Made by a program: the position numbers and the translations under genes | Notes under the pieces: generated by a model | What the model saw: the letters and a program-made list of their open reading frames with translations, nothing else | Databases searched by the model: none | What the model was told of the DNA's origin: nothing | Shown: positions 25,225 through 32,000 of the stretch, one piece after another | Numbering within the stretch: the first letter of the stretch is position 1 | How the letters are laid out: each line of letters begins with the position of its first letter | Assembly: GCA_021735045.1 (NCBI GenBank) | Contig: JAIPHU010000002.1 | Coordinates: forward strand, 60,001-92,000 | Length of the DNA: 32,000 nt | Source of the DNA: Candidatus Omnitrophota bacterium | Lineage (GTDB): Bacteria; Omnitrophota; Gorgyraeia; Duberdicusellales; 4484-171 | Direction of reading: 5' to 3'

Positions 25225-27105
25225 ATGATGTTTAATTCCTTAAAAATATATAAACATAAAGCTATTTCCATGGAGGCTGTCTGCCAAGGTCTTAGCAAGC
25301 TAAACTATAGCGGTGGTCAAGGAGTAGATGAGCCTGGAGATTTTGCTCAAAAAGGTGATACTTTGGAAATTTTTCCGGTTAACTTTTCCTTGCCGGTTAG
25401 AGTTGAGTGGGACTTTGACCAAATATCAAAAATTTACAGTTTCGATAAAAATTTCACTAAAATCCTTGAGTATGATCTCTTGATTATCGTTGCTTATTTT
25501 AAAAAAGTTCATCACTATCTTTCCGAAGATTATCCGCTTGAAGGAAGTCTTCGGATAAAAGCTGGTGATTATATAGTTCATACGCATTATGGAATTGGAA
25601 AGTTTCTTGGAACAAAAAAGGTCAAGACGGAAGAAAAGCAAGAATATTTTTTTCAAATTAAATATGCTGATGATGATTTAATCTATGTCTCAAAGGAGAA
25701 TGCTCATCTCATTCAAAAATATATAAATCTAGGGATAAAGAAACCAGCCTTAACTAAATTAGGTACCAAGCAATGGGAAAAAACTAAAGAAAAAGTCCAA
25801 AAGGGAGTTCGAGAATATGCTCTTTCGATATTAAAAATTGAAGCACAGCGAAAGTTAATCGGAGGTATTAAATACCCTAAAGACAGTAAGTGGCAGAAAA
25901 AGTTTCAGCAGCAATTTCGCTATCAATTAACTCCGGATCAAAAAAAAGCTTCTGATAATGTAAAAAAACAGATGCAGTCATCACAGTGTATGGATAGATT
26001 GTTGTGTGGAGGTGTAGGTTATGGCAAGACAGAAGTCGCCATGCGGGCGGCTTTTCGGGCTGCAGCTTCTAGCCGACAGGTAGCTTTTTTGGTACCTACA
26101 ACTATTTTAGCCTATCAACACTATCTTAACTTACAAAGAAGAATGAAAGATTTTCCCTTATCTGTGGAAATGCTTTCACGGTTTCGTAGTAGGCTAGAAC
26201 AAAAAAATATTATTAAACGAATTAAAGAAGGTAAAGTAGATATAGTAGTAGGAACCCACCGGCTTTTATCAGACGATATCAACTTTAAAGAGTTAGGCTT
26301 GCTGATTATCGATGAAGAGCAACGTTTTGGAGTAGAGCATAAAGAAAAAATAAAATCGCGCCGGGTGGGAATAGATGTATTGTCTTTAACTGCAACTCCT
26401 ATCCCTAGGACACTATATATGAGCATGGTTGGGATAAAAGATATTTCTTTAATTCAAACACCACCCAAAGAACGTTTATCAATAAAAACAAAGGTATATC
26501 CTTTTAGTATAAAAGTAATTAAAAAAGCTATACAAAGAGAGCTTGGGCGCAAGGGGCAAATATTTTTTATTCATAATCGGATAAAAGATATTTCTAAAAT
26601 AGCTAAAAAAGTTCAAAGTAATTTACCTGATATTAAAATCGGTTTAGCCCATGGCCGGCTACCTGCTTCAGAGATAGAGGAAGTGATGCTTAAGTTTGTT
26701 GATGGTGAGATCGATGTTTTATTTTCAACTGCAATTGTTGAATCTGGCATTGATATTCCTAATGCTAATACGATTATTATTAACAACGCAAATAATTTTG
26801 GTTTGGCTGATCTCCATCAATTGCGAGGAAGAGTAGGAAGGCGTAAACTGCAAGCTTATGCCCTATGCTTGAGGCCGTCTTTAGATAAGATAAAAAGCGA
26901 GTCAAGAAAACGGCTTGAACTGATTGAAGAGTTTTCTCATTTAGGGGCTGGATTTGAGCTGGCTAGGCGAGATCTTGAATTAAGAGGGGCAGGAAATATA
27001 CTAGGTAAACAGCAACATGGTTTTGTTTGGATGGTTGGTTTTGATTTTTATTGCCGTCTTCTTAAAAAAGAGGTTGATTATTTAAAAGAAGCTTTTAAAA
27101 TGTAG
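25225..27105 (+). CDS. mfd: Transcription-repair coupling factor, truncated architecture (626 aa)
   Basis: CarD/TRCF RNAP-interaction motif GDYIVHTHYGIGKFLG...YLYV-like. SF2 translocase motifs: GYGKTEVA, IIDEEQRFGV, LTATPIPRTL, HGR, QLRGRVGR, and the TRG-like RGAGNILGKQQHG. There is only a ~75-aa vestige of the UvrB-homology region (GDFAQKGDTLEIFP), and the protein ends right after the translocase. Confidence 0.85.
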   Translation: MMFNSLKIYKHKAISMEAVCQGLSKLNYSGGQGVDEPGDFAQKGDTLEIFPVNFSLPVRVEWDFDQISKIYSFDKNFTKILEYDLLIIVAYFKKVHHYLSEDYPLEGSLRIKAGDYIVHTHYGIGKFLGTKKVKTEEKQEYFFQIKYADDDLIYVSKENAHLIQKYINLGIKKPALTKLGTKQWEKTKEKVQKGVREYALSILKIEAQRKLIGGIKYPKDSKWQKKFQQQFRYQLTPDQKKASDNVKKQMQSSQCMDRLLCGGVGYGKTEVAMRAAFRAAASSRQVAFLVPTTILAYQHYLNLQRRMKDFPLSVEMLSRFRSRLEQKNIIKRIKEGKVDIVVGTHRLLSDDINFKELGLLIIDEEQRFGVEHKEKIKSRRVGIDVLSLTATPIPRTLYMSMVGIKDISLIQTPPKERLSIKTKVYPFSIKVIKKAIQRELGRKGQIFFIHNRIKDISKIAKKVQSNLPDIKIGLAHGRLPASEIEEVMLKFVDGEIDVLFSTAIVESGIDIPNANTIIINNANNFGLADLHQLRGRVGRRKLQAYALCLRPSLDKIKSESRKRLELIEEFSHLGAGFELARRDLELRGAGNILGKQQHGFVWMVGFDFYCRLLKKEVDYLKEAFKM

Positions 27106-27111
27106 ATAATT

Positions 27112-28026
27112 ATGAGAAGAAAAATTTTTATAATATTAGTGTTAGAACTTGTTGTGTTGACAGGACTAATTAATTGTTTTGCCCAAGTTAACTCTATTGT
27201 AGCTAAGGTAAATAACGAAATTATTACTTTAGATGATCTTGATCAATATTCTCAGATGCTTTTGAGGAAAAAAAATAAACAAATATTAGATACAAGTGAG
27301 CTAGGGTTAAAAAAAGAAGCTTTAAAGCGTTTAATTGAAGATAAGCTCATTTTACAAAAGGCAAAAGAAGAAGATATTGAAGCTCCTCAGAGTTGGTTAG
27401 AAAATAAAATAGAACAGTTAGCTTCAAACCATAAAGATAGAGAGTCTTTTTATGATTCATTAAAAAAACAAGGACTTACTATAACTTACCTAAAAGAACG
27501 CCTTAGCCAGCAGTATTTGATCAAAGAGATTATTAATCGTAAGGTTAAATCAGAAGTTTCAGTTTTACCAGGTAAAATAGAGCAATTTTATAAAAAAAAT
27601 AAAGAAAAATTTCAGTCTCTTCCCCGAGCTATTTTTTTTATTGCTAAAGGAAAAAATAAAAAAGATTTAGAGGATATGTCGGTTTTTATAAAAAAAGAGG
27701 GGATAGAAGAAGCAGTAAAAAAGTATAAAGATAAACTATCTGAGATTAGTAGCTATCTTAATCAATTGCAAGAACCGTTATCAGCAGCTCTAGAATCGCT
27801 TCAAGACAGACAGCATTTAATAAAAAGGATCAATAATTTATATTATTTGATCTACCGTAAAAAAATTGAGCCACCACAGGCACTTTCACTTTCAGAAGCA
27901 CAAGATAGTATTTATAAGCATCTTTGGCAAAAAAAATTTAGTGAAAAGTTTGATCAATGGGTCAATAATTTAAAAAAAGATGCAGTGATAAAAGTCTATT
28001 CTTTTTTAAACTCCCAGAAAAAATAA
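27112..28026 (+). CDS. SurA/PpiD-like periplasmic chaperone with a degenerate parvulin region
   Basis: Signal peptide-like N-terminus, then SurA_N-like IVAKVNNEIITLDDLD. The conserved position upstream of pdxA-rsmA matches the E. coli surA-pdxA-rsmA order. I could not find the parvulin GG.LG or catalytic His motifs. Confidence 0.5.
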   Translation: MRRKIFIILVLELVVLTGLINCFAQVNSIVAKVNNEIITLDDLDQYSQMLLRKKNKQILDTSELGLKKEALKRLIEDKLILQKAKEEDIEAPQSWLENKIEQLASNHKDRESFYDSLKKQGLTITYLKERLSQQYLIKEIINRKVKSEVSVLPGKIEQFYKKNKEKFQSLPRAIFFIAKGKNKKDLEDMSVFIKKEGIEEAVKKYKDKLSEISSYLNQLQEPLSAALESLQDRQHLIKRINNLYYLIYRKKIEPPQALSLSEAQDSIYKHLWQKKFSEKFDQWVNNLKKDAVIKVYSFLNSQKK

Positions 28027-28034
28027 TTATTATT

Positions 28035-28976
28035 ATGGGAAAAAGTCAGGGTAAAGACATAGTTATTACTTTAGGTGATCCTTCTGGCTGCGGTCCAGAG
28101 ATAACCTTTAGAGCTATTAATTCTTTGACTGATAAAAAAATTAATTTTTGGGTGGTGGGGGATAAATATATAGCTGAGCGAATTCCAGAATATCAAAAAG
28201 TAAAAAAAAGGATATTTTTTCTAGACAATGCCTTACCCGGCATCAAGGATATAAAGAGAGGAATAGCTTCAAAGTTATCTGGCCAAGCGAGCCTGTCTTA
28301 TTTAAAGAAAGCCTTAGAGCTGATAAAAAAAGAAAAATTCAATTATTTGGTTACTGCCCCTGTATCTAAGGAAGCTATAGGCTTAGTCCAACCAGGTTTT
28401 TCTGGGCACACCGAGTTTTTAAGGGATTATTTCAGGCGAAAACGAGTGGTGATGATGATGTTTTCTGATAAAATAAGAACTGTTTTGCTGACCCGCCATA
28501 TTTGCCTTAAAGATGTAGCTATGTCAATAAATAAAAAGCTTGTTTTAGATACGCTTAATTTGACTTATAGTTTTTTAAAAGAACGGCTGAGTATAGAAAA
28601 TCCAGTTATCGGGTTTGCTTCGCCTAACCCCCATGCCGGAGTAGATACTTTTATGGAAAAAGAGGAAAAAACTATTAAGGCGGCTATTGATCAGTTTCAA
28701 GGCAAAGTCTATGGCCCTTATCCAGCCGATTCTTTATTTACAAAAGATAATTTAAAAAAATTTGATTGTATAGTAAGCTCATACCATGATCAGGCAATGA
28801 TACCGTTTAAGTTACTTTCTTTTCGATCTGGTATAAACTTAACCTTGGGGTTACCGATTATACGGACTTCCCCTGGCCATGGAGTAGCTTATGAGTTAGT
28901 AAGAAATAATCCTCAGGCTATATTTAGTAGTTCTATGGAAGCAGCTATCAGCCAGATTATCTCCCTAGACTTATGA
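28035..28976 (+). CDS. pdxA: 4-hydroxythreonine-4-phosphate dehydrogenase
   Basis: ITLGDPSGCGPEI, APVSKEA, GHTEFL, NPHAG, YHDQAMIPFK, IRTSPGHG. Confidence 0.85.
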   Translation: MGKSQGKDIVITLGDPSGCGPEITFRAINSLTDKKINFWVVGDKYIAERIPEYQKVKKRIFFLDNALPGIKDIKRGIASKLSGQASLSYLKKALELIKKEKFNYLVTAPVSKEAIGLVQPGFSGHTEFLRDYFRRKRVVMMMFSDKIRTVLLTRHICLKDVAMSINKKLVLDTLNLTYSFLKERLSIENPVIGFASPNPHAGVDTFMEKEEKTIKAAIDQFQGKVYGPYPADSLFTKDNLKKFDCIVSSYHDQAMIPFKLLSFRSGINLTLGLPIIRTSPGHGVAYELVRNNPQAIFSSSMEAAISQIISLDL

Positions 28977-29755
28977 GAAAAAAGCCTCCGTTTTCTCAAA
29001 TTTTCCTAAAAGATAAACACTATATAGAAAAAGTAGTTTCTGCTTTAGATTCTAACCGAAAGGTTGTATTAGAGATTGGTTCTGGGGCTGGGCAAATAAG
29101 CAAATTGATTGCAAAAAAAGCTAAATTTATTTATTGTGTTGAAATTGATTCAAAGCTAGCTCAAGCTACCCGGGATAAATTGTCTAGCATGCAAAACACT
29201 GAGGTTATTCAAGCCGATATCCAAGACGTTTTGCTTTCGGAATTTTCCAAAAAACTGTTAATTTTTAGCAATATTCCTTTTCATTTAAGTAGCAAGTTAA
29301 TCGATTATTTAATATTTTATCGAAAAAACATTGCTGCTAGCTATTTAATTTTACAAAAAGATTTTGTAAAAAAAATATCTGCTTCTCCAAAAACTAAGTC
29401 ATATGGATTTATTAGTTGTTTAACTCAATATTACGCTAAAGTAAAACATTTGTTTGATATTCCTGCAGGAGCTTTTAATCCTATTCCGAAGGTGGATTCT
29501 TCTTTTATTGAACTAAAGTTTTATAAAAAGAAACCAGTCACCGCTGAAAATGAGGAGTTTTTGTTTAAGTTTATCAAAACTTGTTTTAATCAGAGAAGAA
29601 AAAAGATATCAACCATAATTAAGCAGGAATTTTTGCCTGGGTCTTTAAACTTATTAAACGAGTTTAGAATAGACCTAAGTCAGAGGCCAGAACAGATAAG
29701 TTTAGAAGATTTTTCTAAAATTAGTGATTGCCTCTATGATTTTAATAATTCTTAG
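28973..29755 (+). CDS. rsmA: 16S rRNA (adenine1518/1519-N6)-dimethyltransferase
   Basis: FSQIFLKD, SAM motif EIGSGAGQIS, SNIPFHLSS, FNPIPKVDS, FNQRRKK. ATGA overlap with pdxA. Confidence 0.88.
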   Translation: MRKKPPFSQIFLKDKHYIEKVVSALDSNRKVVLEIGSGAGQISKLIAKKAKFIYCVEIDSKLAQATRDKLSSMQNTEVIQADIQDVLLSEFSKKLLIFSNIPFHLSSKLIDYLIFYRKNIAASYLILQKDFVKKISASPKTKSYGFISCLTQYYAKVKHLFDIPAGAFNPIPKVDSSFIELKFYKKKPVTAENEEFLFKFIKTCFNQRRKKISTIIKQEFLPGSLNLLNEFRIDLSQRPEQISLEDFSKISDCLYDFNNS

Positions 29756-29845
29756 ACAGGAGCTTATAATTACAAGTGCAACAATCTTATTCTTGCAGAC
29801 GTCCTACTTTTGGCCATTTAGGTACACCCTGTGAGTCTTCATCGG

Positions 29846-29914
29846 TCATTGCGAGGAACGAAGTGACGAAACAATCTTTAACAGGTGTAATAGAGATTGC
29901 TTCGTTGTTGACAG
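29846..29914. repeat. Decayed palindromic intergenic element (TCATTGCGAGG...GACGAAACAATCT / AGATTGCTTCGT)
   Basis: 29866-29877 (ACGAAACAATCT) pairs with 29894-29905 (AGATTGCTTCGT) at 11 of 12 positions around a 16-nt loop. The outer left arm GTCATTGCGAGGAACGAAGT has no intact right-hand partner. Confidence 0.6.
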
Positions 29915-29966
29915 TAAGCAGTGTAAGGGTGCAAAAATAAGATTTAAGCTTTTAGATTGAATGATG

Positions 29967-29995
29967 TTGCAATATGAGTTATGCTTTACTATAAT
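29967..29995 (+). promoter_or_regulatory. Candidate distal promoter P1 of the NSS transporter
   Basis: -35 TTGCAA (29967-29972), 17-nt spacer, consensus -10 TATAAT (29990-29995). Confidence 0.5.
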
Positions 29996-30014
29996 TCTTA
30001 AAGAGTAGGTTTAG

Positions 30015-30042
30015 TTTACAGAAAAAACATTTCTGGTATAAT
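30015..30042 (+). promoter_or_regulatory. Candidate proximal promoter P2 abutting the transporter ATG
   Basis: -35 TTTACA (30015-30020), 16-nt spacer ending in TGg, -10 TATAAT (30037-30042). ATG 30050 is 8 nt after the -10 box and there is no SD. Confidence 0.45.
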
Positions 30043-30049
30043 TATCAAA

Positions 30050-31591
30050 ATGAGTAAAAAACAACTTGCCCATCATAGACCGAAATGGAAAACTCACATT
30101 GGTTTTGTGCTTGCCACTGTAGGTTCTGCTATTGGTTTAGGTAATATCTGGCGTTTTTCTTATCTTTGTTATAAGAATGGAGGCGGTGCCTTTTTATTTC
30201 CTTATTTGATCGCTCTGTTTGTTGTCGGAATACCTTTAATAATTTTAGAAATTGGTTTGGGCCATAAGATGAGAGGTTCTGCGCCAGCTAGTTTTGCAAG
30301 CGTATCAAAGAAATGGGAATGGTTGGGTTGGTGGCAGATAACTTTTGTAATGTTTGGTATTGTTCTTTATTATTCGGTAATTATTGCTTGGTGCCTTAAC
30401 TACTTCTTTTTTGCTTTTGATTTAAGTTGGGGGGCAACTCCCGATAAGTTTTTTACTGAAACTTTTTTAATTAGTACTGGATCGCCTTTTCAGATTGGGA
30501 ATATTCGTACAATTATTCTCTTTTCTCTAGCAATTATTTGGTTTCTTAATTGGTTTATTGTTTTTAAAGGGGTCCAAAATGGCCTTGAGCGAGCCAGTAA
30601 GATATTTATGCCGATCCTTTTTTTACTTACTGCAACTATTATTCTGTGGGGCCTGAGATTGGAAGGAGCGATGGAAGGAGTAGCAGTATATCTTAAGCCG
30701 GATTTTTCTCAAATAACGAATATAAAGGTATGGATGGATGCTTTCAGCCAGATATTTTTCACCTTAAGTTTAGGCTTTGGAATAATGATAGCCTATGCTT
30801 CTTATCTGCCGAAAAAAACTCAGATAGTACGTGATTCTTTAATTATAACTGGAATTAATTGTTTGTTTTCGCTTCTAGCTGGGGTAGGGGTTTTTGCTGT
30901 TTTGGGTTATATGGCTCATAGTAGTTCTTTACCGATCAGTGAAGTGGTTACTGAATCGATTGGCCTTGCTTTTGTAGCTTTCCCTAAAGCAATCAGCCTT
31001 CTACCAGCTTTTTCTAATATTTTTGGGATTTTGTTTTTTGGCAGTTTAGTTATTGCTGGTCTTTCATCTTCTATCTCTATTATTGAAGCTTTTACCTCGG
31101 GTATAGTGGATAAGTTTCATTATTCTCGCAAGATGGTTGTATCAGCATTATGCATAGTTGGGTTTTTGGGAAGTATTATCTTTACTACCCAAGCTGGAAT
31201 CAATTGGCTGGATATCGTTGATCATTTTTTAACTCAATACGGTTTAATCTTAGGTGCAATATTTGAATGTCTAGCTATTGGATGGTTCTTTAAGGTTAAT
31301 AAATTAAGAGGACATATTAATCATTATAGTGGCTGGAAAGCACCGATTTTTTGGAATTTTTGCATAAAAGTTATCTCTCCCTTAATTTTAGTTGCAATAT
31401 TAATATCTTCATTGACTGAAGAGTTTTCACATAATTATGGAGGGTATTCGCCGGTAGCTATAATTTTGATTGGCCGAGATTGGCTGATATATACTTTATT
31501 TGCCGCCTTAGTTATAGCCTTTCATCCTTGGCGTCTAGATCCACGTAAAAGAATGCTTGTCCATGAACACGATCAGAAAAAAAAATATTAA
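30050..31591 (+). CDS. Neurotransmitter:sodium symporter (NSS/SNF, LeuT-like) family transporter
   Basis: GFVLATVGSAIGLGNIWRFSYLCYKNGGGAFLFPY is the hallmark NSS TM1 motif. About 12 hydrophobic segments. Confidence 0.9.
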   Translation: MSKKQLAHHRPKWKTHIGFVLATVGSAIGLGNIWRFSYLCYKNGGGAFLFPYLIALFVVGIPLIILEIGLGHKMRGSAPASFASVSKKWEWLGWWQITFVMFGIVLYYSVIIAWCLNYFFFAFDLSWGATPDKFFTETFLISTGSPFQIGNIRTIILFSLAIIWFLNWFIVFKGVQNGLERASKIFMPILFLLTATIILWGLRLEGAMEGVAVYLKPDFSQITNIKVWMDAFSQIFFTLSLGFGIMIAYASYLPKKTQIVRDSLIITGINCLFSLLAGVGVFAVLGYMAHSSSLPISEVVTESIGLAFVAFPKAISLLPAFSNIFGILFFGSLVIAGLSSSISIIEAFTSGIVDKFHYSRKMVVSALCIVGFLGSIIFTTQAGINWLDIVDHFLTQYGLILGAIFECLAIGWFFKVNKLRGHINHYSGWKAPIFWNFCIKVISPLILVAILISSLTEEFSHNYGGYSPVAIILIGRDWLIYTLFAALVIAFHPWRLDPRKRMLVHEHDQKKKY

Positions 31592-32000
31592 ATTAAAGAC
31601 CTGTCTTTATTTTTGTTTGTCTTTATTTCTAATTGCAGTAATTTTTGCTGCTTTTGGGAAAGTAAAGCAAAAAATAAGGCAACGTTTTTTAGAAAAACAA
31701 ATTAATAGTTATACATCTGAGTTTTCGGGAGAATCTTCTTTTATAATATATAAACCGGGTTTTTTTGGGATTGAATTTGCTCACAATCCAAATGAAAAAA
31801 TTGCAGCGGCAAGTTTAATTAAGCTCCCAATTTTAGCGGCATCTTTTAAGGCAGTTGATGGGGGACGTATTGAATTTGAGCAAAAAGTTATAGTTGCTCC
31901 AAAAGATATTACCGGAGGATCAGGTATTTTTAAGAAGGTAGCGATGCCTTTAAGTTTAACTTTTAAAGAACTACTTTCATTTATGATTATGGTAAGTGAC
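31563..32000 (+). CDS. Class A beta-lactamase-like serine hydrolase, N-terminal part (3' end outside the window)
   Basis: Hand-translated frame 3. N-terminal membrane anchor or signal (LYFCLSLFLIAVIFAAFG), SxxK motif (AASLIKLP), and MIMVSD (SDN motif) 61 residues later, matching class A spacing. ATG 31563 overlaps the transporter 3' end by 29 nt. The start is uncertain. Confidence 0.65.
   Translation, partial: MNTIRKKNIKLKTCLYFCLSLFLIAVIFAAFGKVKQKIRQRFLEKQINSYTSEFSGESSFIIYKPGFFGIEFAHNPNEKIAAASLIKLPILAASFKAVDGGRIEFEQKVIVAPKDITGGSGIFKKVAMPLSLTFKELLSFMIMVSD

Noticed and set aside
1406-26426. All other antisense or alternate-frame ORFs in the track. These are 1406-1600, 3037-3249, 4743-4928, 5320-5505, 5573-5770, 5593-5781, 5901-6191, 6782-6982, 8531-8743, 8901-9122, 9408-9608, 11871-12089, 12055-12264, 12593-12778, 14962-15186, 19941-20144, 21522-21869, 23796-24035, 25426-25656 and 26121-26426.
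   Set aside because: Each lies wholly or largely inside a motif-supported + strand gene. None has a recognisable domain or SD, and all look like shadow ORFs.
29800-29858. Minus-strand 19-codon ORF (MTDEDSQGVPKWPKVGRLQE) starting in the CTCGCAATGAC part of the palindromic element
   Set aside because: It has no SD. The ATG is supplied by the repeat element itself, which is the typical spurious mini-ORF created by such palindromes.

Overview
Visibly AT-rich, very gene-dense bacterial chromosome segment. It holds about 36 protein genes and one tRNA. Everything is on the + strand except a small-peptide cluster at 18.8-19.3 kb, and many neighbouring genes overlap by 1-56 nt. The content is almost entirely housekeeping. 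In order: a heat-shock supercluster (clpB 3' part, hpf, then a perfect CIRCE operator plus hrcA-grpE-dnaK-dnaJ); an FmdB zinc ribbon, a DUF1015 protein and accD; an orphan MalK-type ABC ATPase; two tandem GGDEF diguanylate cyclases; a PGI-like gene, pta, ackA, panD, def and trxB; a YacP/Rae1-like NYN protein, an MBL-fold hydrolase and tRNA-Glu(CUC); hisF-hisI-trpE; rpsP, yajC and fused secDF; a truncated mfd; a surA-like gene, pdxA and rsmA(ksgA); an NSS-family Na+ symporter; and the 5' part of a class A beta-lactamase-like gene. I see no CRISPR array, transposase, integrase, prophage, or recognisable defence or secretion system, so I cannot honestly point to a clear novel multi-gene system. 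Items worth a second look: (1) the minus-strand cluster of tiny hydrophobic peptides between tRNA-Glu and hisF. (2) A recurring class of 7-8 bp tandem micro-repeat arrays just after stop codons; one covers the dnaJ start and a similar one lies inside hisF. (3) A 626-aa mini-Mfd lacking the N-terminal UvrB-homology region and the C-terminal domain. (4) Two genes whose ATG sits 8 nt after a good -10 box with no Shine-Dalgarno (candidate leaderless mRNAs). (5) Ribosomal protein S16 with a roughly 105-aa K/E/P tail containing perfect 12-bp repeats. All functional calls come from motif recognition by eye. No database search was run.
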